From Tricharina praecox (Eukaryota), in NCBI RefSeq assembly GCF_024521635.1, contig NW_026250415.1, positions 1 through 64,000 on the forward strand: 64,000 bases of DNA, in the 5' to 3' direction. The position numbers and the translations under genes are program-made. Shown piece by piece: positions 12,632 to 24,195 of the stretch. The first letter of the stretch is position 1; the number at the start of each line of letters is the position of its first letter. Under the pieces are notes generated by a model that was not told the DNA's origin, searched no databases, and saw only the letters and a list, made by a program, of their open reading frames with translations.

Positions 12632-14207
12632 ATGTCTCCCTCCGCGGACGAAGTTTCTGCCACCTTCACCAAGAACGCCAATGGCAACGGTGAAGATGTT
12701 GCCACATCTAACTCTGTACCGTGAGTTACTCTTTGATTCGATATACCCCCTCGAGTTTTCAATTGACTGACAGAGCATCCAGACAAATGCACACCGACAT
12801 TTCCCGGTCAGACGACGACCCACCATCTCCGATCGAGGTGCCGGCCACCCGACTGGCTTTGGCGGAGGTGGAGCGTCTGATGCACCCTCTCAGCATCCAC
12901 CCGTCGCAGCGTGAGCGACGGGCGTCGCGAAACTCCTTTGGTGCTTCGCTCCCGATTCCCCGAGTACCCCGGCGGTCGGTTCTCCAGATGCGCCCTGGAA
13001 TGCCCGATTCCATCCCCTCGTTCGATATTCTGGCGAGGAAGGCGCAGGATATGGCGCAGCAGAAGGTCGCCAACGCTAAGAACATGGCGTTCGCTTTCGA
13101 TATCGACGGCGTGCTCGTTCATGGTGATCGGTTGATTCCTGAGGGACAGAAGGCGCTCGAGATCCTGAACGGTGATAACGAGTTGGGTATCAAGGTATGT
13201 ACATCCAGCACCACAACCACCGGTTTGTCGTGGCTGACTTGATTGCGTGCTAGATCCCGCACATCTTCCTGACCAACGGCTCTGGAAAGCCCGAAGCCGA
13301 AAGATGCGCCCAGCTCTCCAAGATTCTCGGCTCGCCCGTGTCGACGAAGCAGTTCATCCAGGCGCACACGCCCATGTCCGCCCTGGCGCAATACTACAAC
13401 ACCGTCCTGGTCGTCGGCGGAGAGGGCTACCGCTGCCGCGAGATCGCCGAGCTGTACGGCTTCAAGGACGTCGTCGTCCCCAACGACATCGTGGCCTGGG
13501 ACGAGACGATCGCGCCATACCGGGTCTTCGGCCCTTGGGAGCGCGCGTCCGCCCGTCCCCGCGACTTCGAAAACATCAAGATCGAAGCGATCCTCGTCTT
13601 CTCGGACAGCCGCGACTACGCCACTGACTACCAGATCATCATGGACCTGCTGCGGTCCGACGGCGGGCGCCTACACACCCAGGCCAAGAACCCGACCAAA
13701 CAATCGCTGCCGATCTACTTCTCGCAGGGCGACTTCCTGTGCCCGACGGAGCACCCAATCCCGCGCATGTCGCAGGGGACGTTCCGCGTCGGCCTCGAGG
13801 CCATGTACAAAGCCATGACGGGCATCGAGTTGGAGCGCACCATCTACGGCAAGCCCGAGATCGCAACCTACACCTACGCAGACGAGGTCCTCTCCTCGTG
13901 GATGGAGGATATCCACTCCGAAAACGTCCTGCCGAAGAATGTGTACATGATCGGCGACAACCCGCAGTCGGACATCGTCGGCGGTAATGCCTACGGCTGG
14001 AACACGTGCCTCGTCCGCACCGGTGTCCACACCGGCGACGAGAACGATAAGGAGAACCCCGCGAGCATGGGGCTGTTTGAGAATGTCCTCCATGCCGTCG
14101 TCACTTGCATGCAGAGAGAACTCGGCCATGACTTTAAGTTCGAGTTCGACCTGAAGGCGCATAACCCCACCCTGCTGGACGCGCCTGTCTCCGCTATCGA
14201 AGTATAG
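12632..14207 (+). CDS. HAD-superfamily subfamily IIA hydrolase/phosphatase (CECR5-like), 487 aa; exons 12632-12720, 12774-13194, 13254-14207
   Basis: Motif I FAFDIDGVL, II FLTN, III GKP, IV MIGDNPQSDI; canonical introns restore the frame. Confidence 0.92.
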
Positions 14208-15679
14208 TCCGCCCGCTACCGCCTCGTGATACCGCCGTTTGTCGCTTGTCTTTGATTGAGGGGATTGATTTGGGGGATGGGGGATGGGTTGGAGTGGGGG
14301 GGTGGAGCCCCTCCACCTACTACTACTACTACTGGCTGGTATTTGATCTTTGGGTCTGATTATTCACATTTTGGGAGTTCTATAGCCGCGGTTACTCGCT
14401 CGAACGTTTCGTTTATCTTTTTTCTTCTGTGTTTTTCTTCTGGGTTCGGTCTGTTAGATTTCTGCTTGCTCGCGCGCTGTTTTGGATCTGGTTTCGGATT
14501 AGGATTTCCTTTTATACTTAGATACTTGGTACGTCGTCGGTCGATAGAGAATCGGAGAATGGCGATGTTGCCAACCAATTGTTGATTTCGTGAAGCGGTG
14601 ATTTGAATGATGTCTCGACTTGAACGGGATGATGCGCGAGTGGGACGTGAATGGTCACGTGAACAGACGCACATATTGGAAGTGTCTCGACCTCCCGCAG
14701 GCTGCAGCATCAAGCTCCGGCCACATATGCATCCTTTACATAGACCCATTGAAACCGGGCTCTTGGAAGTTGACACCTTTCGATGTAACTGGTGGGGCCG
14801 CAGACACGGTACGCAATCGCAAACGACATGTGTCCACTTCGAAGTCTAACTGTAGAGTACTCGGGTACTGACAAGCTTCCTGACGAAACCAAACCAAACC
14901 TTCCTTGAGGTTCCCTCTCCATGCCTAGATCATGGCTAGGATGGTTCAGATCACGTGCCAGTCGGACTAATCTCCACGCCACACCACATGCTGTGGCTAG
15001 CCAGTGGTCGGTGGATCCAGATCGTCCCATTCCTGAATGCGCCCCAACAAACAGAAACTCTCCAACCTCCGGATCATAATGTCTACCGATCCAACGGAGT
15101 ACATACGACGCCCCACTTTCCAAGAAGTTCCAATACCCAGGAGCATCTTTTTTGTCATATTAACTTCGCTTGAGATCGGGCAGAAATCAAATTCTACGAA
15201 AGAAACTTTGAAGGTCGGTCTGGTGCGACGGCAATTACGAATTTACGGTATAGTTCTAGATGGCGAACATTTCCCCCTAGTTATGTTGTGCTGTCTTGTG
15301 GGCTGGACGTGAGAGCATGGCGGTTTATTTGGAGAGGTGCAATCCTGATCGAGCTGAGACTTGGTGTGATTGGGCGGCGTCATGGGATATCACTCGGCAG
15401 TGGCGATTGGCGTCGGGCTTGGAACAGTCAGTAAAATTTCCAAGACGAATCCCGTAGGTCGTCAACATTATTTCAGTCGATCCGGTGTGGTGCGGGGTGG
15501 CAATCTGGCGAAGATGGGCGAGATGTTGCTGCAGCAGCGGCGAGTGATTTTCCAGTCGGCCTACAACTCTCGCCCTCCATTCCCATCGTTCACGACAAGC
15601 TCCCGCGCAACTCAACAGCTTGTGTCCTCCTCCTAGCCTCCCATTCATTACCCATGTATACACATTCTCCATCCCCGCC

Positions 15680-17797
15680 TCCGCCGGCAGCGTATGCCAA
15701 AGCCCAAAGCACACATCCTTACACAGGGCGACCTTACTTCCCACAACCCTACAATGTGCGCAGGCATATCCCGTAGCATGTACGGCTCCCTTGAACGTCT
15801 TTGCATCCCTCGACTCGGGCCAGTTCTTGGCCTGCTGGCGCAGGTAGCGGCACATAAAACATGGCGGGGGCAACACCGGCGCCTTGGAATTCGAGGAGGT
15901 GCGGACCGAACGAGTCGATGCGGCATGTGGGAAGGCGGTAGTTCTTGCTGATGTAGCCTGGTGGTGTGAATGTCAGTATGGGAGGGAAGGGTGATGGAGT
16001 ACAGGGTACTGCGTACCCTGCTGCCTGCTCTCGGAACAATTGCCTTGAGGCCTGTTGCCCTGTAGGTATTTTCCATCTGCGACTCGCTTCATCGGTTCGC
16101 CTTGCTGCGTATGGGGACGACGGAGGGGCGGTAATCCCGGAGCGGCCGCTTAAAAATCCGTCTTGTGGGCGTGGTCGTCGCGATATCCCTCCTGTACCAG
16201 CTGCCACGCCAGATCTTTCAGGAAAGTTCTACAATCGTCGAAGCATTCCTCTTCGCAATTTCCACGTTCCCACTGGTCCTGACGGGCAACGACAAAGGAG
16301 TTTATACCGGCGGTGGAGAGCAGCCAGAACAACAGCGGAACTCAGGTTCTGCGCACGGAGAGGTGGCTGCAGATGTAGCTGCGTTGCTCGTCTGCAAGCC
16401 AGGAGTCGACGCCGAAGCCGCCGCCGCCCATGTGCTGGTGCTGGTTGTACTCGGAGACGATTATTGGGTTTGGGAGGCTCTTTTGGCCCCTACTGTCTTT
16501 CCAGCTCCACTCCGTGTCGCTATAAGTTGCATACGGAGGTCGCACAACGTATTCGGTCGTCATCAACCGCGCCAGTTTCTTGTCCTGCAGGATGATGCAC
16601 AACACACCGTCCACTACCTCTCCGGCCGCCGTGCCCCGTTCAAAACCGCCATGTTTCTCCTCGGCCCGTCGACGTATCGCCGGATATTCATCACAACTTG
16701 GTCTTGCCGTAGCGCAGCAAGTAATTCTATGTCTCAACAGAGCTCTGAACAGCGGAACATTAGCGAAGTAGCTATCGCAGAAAATCATGAACCGATGGCC
16801 GCCCCAGGGCAGAGCATAGCACAGCCAAAAGAACGCACGCGAAGTTGCGCTTAGGAGCAACGGGTTTTCGGGGCCGTCGGGATGCGGGCCTGGATACGGC
16901 TGATCAAATCCAGGGCTCAAGCCGCCGGCACGCGATGAAAACGCCCAGTTATAAGTGTAGCCACGGTCGCTCAGGGCCAAAATCTTGTAACCGTTCAGAA
17001 GAGGCTTCGATGACATGCGGAGGGTGGGTGGTGTCCGGCACGTAAACTTCACCATCATCGAGTCTAGCGAAAGATGGCTTGCCGGGAGATGGCGCTGGAA
17101 GCGCGCTTTGAGGTGCCCGTTCAAGGGCTCTAGCTTGTCGTACCACCGTGTGCGCGAATGTGTCGATGGTGGTGAGACGTGGAACCAGCGTTTGATCTCT
17201 TCGAACCGCACTCGGCCCATGTAGGTGGTGATCCTGCAGATGGCACACTGTCAGTACGTACATGCATTACCAAAGAAAAGGTGTAGGATAAAGAGACCTG
17301 TAGTTTGGCGCCATGTGATTTTATCCCAATACTCCTCCACCGTCGCATCTCTATACACGCCCATATATATCAACAGCCCGACAAAGATCTTCATCGAACC
17401 TGGAGTGACATCCTTCTACCACTTCCCTCTCCCCCTCGTATTCTGCTCTTCCGTAGCCTTGTGCGCTCGGTAGGCATTGGTATTGGCCGCCAAGGTTTCA
17501 AACTCGCTGTCTGGGAAAAAGAGCTTGAAGTAGTCGATTGGGGCGAGTGAGGAGTCCGCGTCGTTGAATCTCCCGGGCCACGGCAGTAACTGCAGCTTGC
17601 GTTTATGGATTGGTTGCGGATGTTGATATGGAATGTACTCGGGTACTGGTGGAAGGCGAACTTCAACATCCGACGAAAGGTTCGGCGCTTTCATGCTCGG
17701 CTACTTCATGGTTGGCGATGTTGCCATCCAATTCCGCATCCTCGTCGAATGACCGACCCCTTTGGTTCTCGTAGGTATATTCTTCGTCCAGCATCAT
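15680..17797 (-). pseudogene. piggyBac (PGBD/DDE_Tnp_1_7) transposase fossil with C-terminal Cys-rich domain; stops at 17416, 16342, 16150; several frameshifts; probable introns 17297-17234 and 16016-15958
   Basis: PIDYFKLFF..LAANTNAY, IFVGLLIYMG..EEYW, RFEEIKRWFH, LSLDSMMVKF, GYKILAL..GYTYNW, FCDSYF, YN..MGG..VD..AD, RRT*VPLLFWLL..INSF, CFMC...CAHC..LC..CF..WH. Confidence 0.9.
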
Positions 17798-18003
17798 GGT
17801 GTTGCGAGAGCCAGAGCGAGAGCCAGGCTTGGATTTTCTTTAGCCGAAGCGACCTCACCGTACATACCACTGCTTGGCATCAGTCCGACATCAGCCCGAC
17901 ATCATAACCTACACACTAGAGTAGTTGCCTCCACCCACCTGTAGCTCGGCTCCGCGGAAACAATCAAATTGGGCGCGTGAGTCAACATAAAGAATCCATC
18001 ACG

Positions 18004-20276
18004 ATGCACGCGGAGATCTCACTCGTGAATAGTGAGGTAAAACAAGGTTGTTTTCTCAAATCTCAACCCTCATGGTAGGAGCTCCTCATATCGCTCACTG
18101 CCCAAGTCTTCCTCCAAGCTGACCCCCATTGCGTCTCGTCTACAGTTCATTCCAACCAGCTTTCGCCACCCCTTATAAGACAACATCAGATAACATCCTT
18201 TCCTATGAGCCATCGCCATGAATCTTAGCTGGCATACAACAGTCCTGCACAACCAGGAAAAAATGCCCATCATTAGGGCAATCAAAAGAGAAAACACGAA
18301 ACAACCGCACAAACGTCTTGCCATCTTGCAAAGCTTTTTAAACAATATTTCATAGTAACGTCTCTATTCAAGCACACCGCCAAAGCAATTCTTTCGGTCC
18401 TCACACAGGCTGTAATAAAAGAACTCAGCAAATCCACCCTCGTTTTCCGCGAAGAAGGTATCCACGAAGTATTGATGGTGCGCATCGTATACGGCGTCAC
18501 CGGTATCTGGCACAAGATGCACTGGTTGACCGGAGACCTCGGTACAGAAGAGCCTCGGGGTAAGAATTCTCATGCACATCGAGTCGAAGTGGTTTTTTCC
18601 ACAATGGAGGCAGGGCCGTAAGGGCTGGAGACGCTCTGCTGGTGCAGCGGTACAAGGCCTCCTGGCGGTGTTGGTTGGCGTCCATCCGAGCCATGAAATC
18701 GACTGTGGAAACCGCCGGGTGTCTGGTTCTCGGACGGGCTGTTGCGGCTGCCGCTCTCCCTGGCGGTTCTTCCGAGTCCCCACCCTGCGGAGTTTGGGTT
18801 GCGATTCTCTTGCCGGTGCCTGGCTGGCCTGGTTTTCCACAACTTCCGAACCGCCGAAGGGCCAGCAGTTAGGGGTTCGGGCTGGGCCCTGGTACGGCCC
18901 TGGGCATGGACTATTCGGGTTCCTTCCACCGCGCAAACGGTTATCCTGCGCGATGAGCGCGTCACGTAGCCCTTCTTCCACATTCTGCAATGCTAGTAGA
19001 TGAGACGAGATGGAGCGGTCCGCCTGAACGGTCGGCAGACATTTTTGCAATTCTGGGTCTAGTTTAAAATGGGCCGCACGAAGTTTCGAGTTGTCGTCGG
19101 AATTCGGATAGGCGTCAGTGACGAGGGACAACATATCTGTAAACCAATACATCAGGGAAGCACCAGACATAAACTGCTCCACCGTAAAGCAGGAATCTCG
19201 ACAGGAAAAATTTGCCATGGCCTCCCCGACGGGAAGGCGGAATTTTTCCTGCAACGTCTGAATCCAAATTGCGCAGGTGCCTGAGTTGTCTCTTATGCAC
19301 GCATTCTTGATATACTGGTCTGCTATGTTGTTCCACCAGGCCACGGCTGCGCCCCGGAAGCAACTCGGGAGGTTCCTTGCAACTGTGTCCGCCCCGTATG
19401 TTGCGATCCAGTTGGCGATGCAGTTGGTGAAGGTGTGAACATCACGGAATAGGCATCCATCACCGGGACGGTACACAATTCGTCCGGCCCCGTAGAATGC
19501 TGGCACGTCAGGCCAGAAAGATCCAACAAACTTCTGGTTCCACTCCCGCTTATAACGTTTTGCGGTGTTGAAACCCGTCCCATCATGAGTGGTCGATGCC
19601 TCGCCATCATCCGTCTGCTGAATGCGAAGGGCTTCCGTAAAAGCGTGAGCGATACGTGCATCTTCGTGGGTTGGCAGCTTCCCACTGCTAGTCTGGTCGC
19701 CCTGTGGTGGTAGGATGAAAGACACCCTGTCTTCTTCGATGGTGGGTGATGCAGGAGACGATACCGTTTGGCGGTGGGGTAAGGGTGAGTGTCCGGGGGC
19801 TGCTGTTGCAGCGGGCCTGTTGAAGAGAGGGGAGGTGGGGTTTGTTGGTCTGATGGGAAGGGGAATGTTCATAGGGGATGTTGAACAGCCTTGCAAGCCT
19901 GCACCGCTGTCGGAGGGACGCTGGAGGTTTTCGACAATGGCGATGCTACTGGCGAGGTGGGATCAGCAATCCTGTCGAACAAGAACGCGGTGAGGAGGTG
20001 ATTCTCTCGATGAGAGTCTCCCTTATGTGCTCTCGCTCGGATCAACTCTTGTTGCAGTGAGTGTTAGACTTACTAGTGTACGGTGGGTATGTACGCGGAG
20101 ATGGTACTCGTGACAAGTGAGGCGAAAGAAGAAGGTTGTTTTCTCGAGCTCTCGTGATCAGGAAGGAAGACGATGAAGATAAAAGATGATGAAGATGAAA
20201 GATGATGAAGAAGTGGAGGTTGTATTCGACTTCGAAGAACCATCTACTCTGATATGGCTCTCCTCCGCTACCTACA
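18004..20276 (-). mobile_element. LTR retroelement (Ty3/gypsy-like) carrying gag only; 5' LTR ~20276-20050 (TGT...ACA), partial 3' LTR 18064-18004
   Basis: Direct repeat 18004-18064 ~ 20089-20153 flanks a gag-like ORF; no RT/RNase H/integrase present. Confidence 0.7.
18364..19896 (-). CDS. Retrotransposon Gag-like protein with CX2CX3HX4C zinc knuckle (~500 aa; first ATG at 19872)
   Basis: Uninterrupted ORF; FRDVHTF..NLPSCFRGAAVAWW..WIQTLQEKFR capsid-like motif; RPCLHCGKNHFDSMC knuckle. Confidence 0.78.
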   Translation of the reverse strand: MQGCSTSPMNIPLPIRPTNPTSPLFNRPAATAAPGHSPLPHRQTVSSPASPTIEEDRVSFILPPQGDQTSSGKLPTHEDARIAHAFTEALRIQQTDDGEASTTHDGTGFNTAKRYKREWNQKFVGSFWPDVPAFYGAGRIVYRPGDGCLFRDVHTFTNCIANWIATYGADTVARNLPSCFRGAAVAWWNNIADQYIKNACIRDNSGTCAIWIQTLQEKFRLPVGEAMANFSCRDSCFTVEQFMSGASLMYWFTDMLSLVTDAYPNSDDNSKLRAAHFKLDPELQKCLPTVQADRSISSHLLALQNVEEGLRDALIAQDNRLRGGRNPNSPCPGPYQGPARTPNCWPFGGSEVVENQASQAPARESQPKLRRVGTRKNRQGERQPQQPVREPDTRRFPQSISWLGWTPTNTARRPCTAAPAERLQPLRPCLHCGKNHFDSMCMRILTPRLFCTEVSGQPVHLVPDTGDAVYDAHHQYFVDTFFAENEGGFAEFFYYSLCEDRKNCFGGVLE

Positions 20277-21849
20277 ACGTTCGGTGTCACTCGGTATGGC
20301 TAGTCCGGTATCACCAACTGCGTTGGGTGGTGTGACCATGGGCGGAGGGTGTTGTTTTGATTCGATTTGAGAGCGGGCAGGACCGACGCACGAGCGGTGG
20401 AATTTCGCCGACCTGGCTAGACTAGATTCGGTGGGGCCAAACCGTCGAAGAGCTCTTGTTTACGTTGTCGGCCGGTCTGTCTGTTCATCGTCCATCATCT
20501 GTTTTATCGTTCTCATCATTGCTTTCGTTGCTTTCGTTACTTTTCATCGATCGTTGTTTGTCCTGATCTCGCCATTCAACTCGCGGGGTACTTGAGGTTC
20601 ATCACCTGAAGAACACAGATGGCTTTTTCTTTCATTGACACTTCTCTCCCTAGTCAAATACAATCGGTCTTTCGTCTCTCATCACAGTTGCCTGAGGGTC
20701 ATCCATGTCCCTAGTGCTTCACAAGATATCACCAACAGTCGGAATCACCGATCCGACTAGCCCGCCTTCTATTTTATCTTATCTGATCCTCCATCTATCC
20801 TACATGTGCTCCTCTCATGGTGGTGGCAGACGACACAGCACCAGACACAAACACAGAACCCGCTCACCTCCCCTCCCCATTTTCCTTCCCTTTCCAGCCT
20901 AATTACCTAATTATGTAGGTACGCAACCGAGGAACTGGATTTTGTAGTCGAGCTCACAGGAGGTTAGACGGGACGAGAACTAGACTAATGAGTGCCTGGT
21001 ACCTTCATTCATTGATTCAGTCATTCATTCTCCCATTCCTTCTTTCCTTCTTTCTGCCTTTCTTTCCAGTGGGCTAAGCGGAGATGATTGAGCGGGGAGG
21101 AACAGGGAGGGGTTGACTCACGGGGAGGGCTGGCCAGAGTGCAATGTTAGGTAATCGGCACGGTATCGAGCTCACGACCAGCGGGGTCGGCGCCAACAGC
21201 CGTGTGGAAACGGATATGTAATCTTCCATGATATACTAATACCAAGGTCAAATGCAATGATTGTACAAAAAAAAACCCCGGCAGCGCAAGGCGTGTCACC
21301 CGTCGAGTGATATATAGTGCTTCATCCCTGATGCCCAAAACAAAAACCGTAGAAAATAAGGCAGCAACTTTCAAGGCGGTCACGTCCCAGGCTCCAGTCA
21401 ATGTCAACTGCAACTCTGCGACTCTGCAAGCGAGCAGGATTAATTAAATTACTGCTTATACTAAAGGCTGAAGCCCTGGGGCGAGCGATGATAACTTGAT
21501 CCGTGGCTACTCAAGAAGCAGTGGGATGATTGCTCCCCCAACTCCCGAGTTCCTTCTCCGGTCGTGTTCATCCCATCGATGGTACTACCACGTACCTATG
21601 CTACAGATCCAGCTGAAAAGATCGAATCAACAGTTGTCGGTGACTGACCCTCGCTGACATCTCCGAGATTGGACTCTACCCGCAACCCATACCGAAGCAA
21701 ACATATAGGTAAACCCTTCTTGGATTACAATCTGAACGGAACTAAAAATACACCCAAACCACCAAATGGCAACGCACACTACGATACAATTCCAATCTCC
21801 AATTTCTGTCTGTCAGACTGTTCCACCTCATTACTCATCTTTTACCTAC

Positions 21850-23745
21850 CTATCCAGCATAAACCCCCCGTCCCGCCTGCCTCCAAACCCACTCAGCAAC
21901 GCTCCTTCCAACCGCGCCACGTTCAACCGCCGCACCAACCCACCCAGCAACCGTTGCAACGCCGACAACCAGCCCACCCCAGAGCGCCCAATCCATGACC
22001 AGTTCCATCTCCGATTTCTCACCGTCCTGGACACGGTCGTACTTAGTGAATCTCTCGACGCCTTCGCGGCGGCGGACAACGTCTCGGCCACCGTCGCGGG
22101 GACGCTCAGCTTGCAGGTTTACGACTGCCATCTTGAGCGTCGAGACTTCGTTCTGGAGCTCCCAGATCGCCGTGTCGCGGGGCGCGAGGATGCTGTTGAG
22201 CTGGGAGCGGGAGAGGCCGGGGAGCTGCAGGAGGGGCGTCTCTGGTCGTGGGGTTTCGGGACGCGATCCAGGGCGGGTTTGCGGGCGGCGGTTGGTGCCC
22301 TCGAGGAATTGGCTGGTCGGGGGGAAGCGCCCGATGTAGTCTGTGGGCGACTGCTCGGCAACGGGGGTGCTGGCTGGGAGTAGTTTTTCCTGTGCGAGGG
22401 GGGGTACGGGGACTTCGGGCTCAATGCCGAGTTCGATGCTGGAGCGCCGAGGAATCTTGCCTTTGTGGCCTTCGTCAACACCGTCGCCGGGGCGCTTGGA
22501 TGGCTCGGTGATGGAGGGGCGATGGCGAGGGGTGGCCGGGCCTGAGGTGAACTCGACGGGTGGTTGTTGTGGGATGGCGATGGGGCGGGTGGAGAGAACA
22601 TGCTGGAGCTTCTTGTGTTCGAGTTCCTCGTGCGCAGAACGTTGGTGCACCGCGTCGCCAATGTTGGTGCCGAAATCTCCAGGTTTGATGTGGCTATGCT
22701 GGAGCTCGCGAGTTTCGGCGTCCGGAGCGGCATCCTTTCGGTGGTGTTTGCCGTCTGACGGATGGTCCTTATCAGCCACCTCTGGTTTCTTCACATGTTC
22801 GGCATTGCTACTGCCCTTCCCTCCGTGCGACGCGCGAGCCTTCGTAGCCGCATGCTCCGCGTCAGCATGCATATCACCCTGATGCCTCGATGGCTCCATT
22901 GAGTTCCCCATGCGCTCGCTCTCATGCTTCAACTCTTGATGCAGACGATCACCAATATTCTCGCCCATCTCGTCCGGCCTCAACTGGATCTTATCAAGCT
23001 CAGGAACCGCGGGCGTATTCTGCCCTCCGCTTCCGGGGCCAGCCTTTGTATTGTTCGGAGTCTTTGGTACGGTGCTGGGAGACATCGAAACGTTTTCGTA
23101 GGAGCCGCCCAGGCCGCTCTCGTCTTCGTGAGGAGTGTCGGTAGCGGCAGCGGCAGCGTAGCTGTGATCCTCGGAGCGCGAGGTTGGGGAAAGGTTCGCG
23201 TCTTTCTCCTCCTGGGTGCCGGCCAGCCGGCCAGCTTCGATCTTGGACTTTGCAGTTGCAGACTCCATTTCCTTGCCACCGAAGGTGTATCGCACGGTGA
23301 CGGGACTCTTATCCACTTTCTGACCCCCCTCTTGCTTCGCCTTAGGCTCAACCTTGCCCTTATCAGTCCTCTGCCGCTGAAGCACCTCTTTGTTCTTCCC
23401 GCTCAGGTACCTCACCCTCGTAGGACTATCCCTTCCCTTCCCTTTCTTGTCCTTGTTGCGTTCGCCGCCCTGATCTCCGTCGTTCCTCGCTTCAGATTCG
23501 GTCAAACACTCTGCGAGATTGTCCCTAACCGCCTCCTTCTCCTTCTCTTCGCTCAACCGTCTCTCGAGCGACTCCTCAAAGCTATGGGCGTCGGGCGTCG
23601 CTCTGACAGGCGAGATCTCGCCGGGGCTCGTGTCGGATGAGGAGCCTGACAGTGGGGTTTGCGGATCGCTGGACGCGAGGATGTGGGCTGGCGGGTTGTT
23701 TGGGGGGGGATTGCGGGTGCGCTTGGATTTGGAGGTTTTGCCCAT
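21850..23745 (-). CDS. Hypothetical 631-aa largely disordered protein with short coiled coil and C-terminal transmembrane helix (tail-anchored-like)
   Basis: Long ATG-started ORF, charged low-complexity body, IWELQNEVSTLKMAVVNLQAE heptads, hydrophobic WALWGGLVVGVATVAGWVGAAV near the end. Confidence 0.7.
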   Translation of the reverse strand: MGKTSKSKRTRNPPPNNPPAHILASSDPQTPLSGSSSDTSPGEISPVRATPDAHSFEESLERRLSEEKEKEAVRDNLAECLTESEARNDGDQGGERNKDKKGKGRDSPTRVRYLSGKNKEVLQRQRTDKGKVEPKAKQEGGQKVDKSPVTVRYTFGGKEMESATAKSKIEAGRLAGTQEEKDANLSPTSRSEDHSYAAAAATDTPHEDESGLGGSYENVSMSPSTVPKTPNNTKAGPGSGGQNTPAVPELDKIQLRPDEMGENIGDRLHQELKHESERMGNSMEPSRHQGDMHADAEHAATKARASHGGKGSSNAEHVKKPEVADKDHPSDGKHHRKDAAPDAETRELQHSHIKPGDFGTNIGDAVHQRSAHEELEHKKLQHVLSTRPIAIPQQPPVEFTSGPATPRHRPSITEPSKRPGDGVDEGHKGKIPRRSSIELGIEPEVPVPPLAQEKLLPASTPVAEQSPTDYIGRFPPTSQFLEGTNRRPQTRPGSRPETPRPETPLLQLPGLSRSQLNSILAPRDTAIWELQNEVSTLKMAVVNLQAERPRDGGRDVVRRREGVERFTKYDRVQDGEKSEMELVMDWALWGGLVVGVATVAGWVGAAVERGAVGRSVAEWVWRQAGRGVYAG

Positions 23746-24195
23746 CGTGGTTCTTTCTTTCTTTCTGGGAGAAAGCAGATGGCCGAGGGGGAGGGGGGAG
23801 GGATGAGGGAGGGATCAGCAATGGTGCAGATGGTAGGACGCTGCGAGGTTATGTAAGGATTGGACGATGTGGTGGGAGTTGCGTCATGAGATGCCGTGAT
23901 GGTGACGTCAAGGAGATGTGTGAGGGCCACGGGAAGCGAGCGAACAGAAAGGCTGCCGAGAAGGCTGTAATCACGGTATCACGGGTCGGGGAGGATGATG
24001 GCATGGGAAGCGAGGGGTGGACGGTCCTCGGTCTGTGTAACTCGGGCCGTTCGTAGCCCAACAATCGTGTAGGACAGTCCCGTAGCCAGAAGTTGACCAC
24101 TGTGAAATCTGCCGAATACAAGCACTTTGTTAAACTTTTGAATCCGCACCAAATATTTTGTTTCGCTAATAGCACACAATTATCAATCATAAACA

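Noticed and set aside
18490-18545. HLVPDTG after the Gag zinc knuckle resembling a retropepsin DTG motif
   Set aside because: Too little sequence follows before the stop, and no downstream protease motif is present
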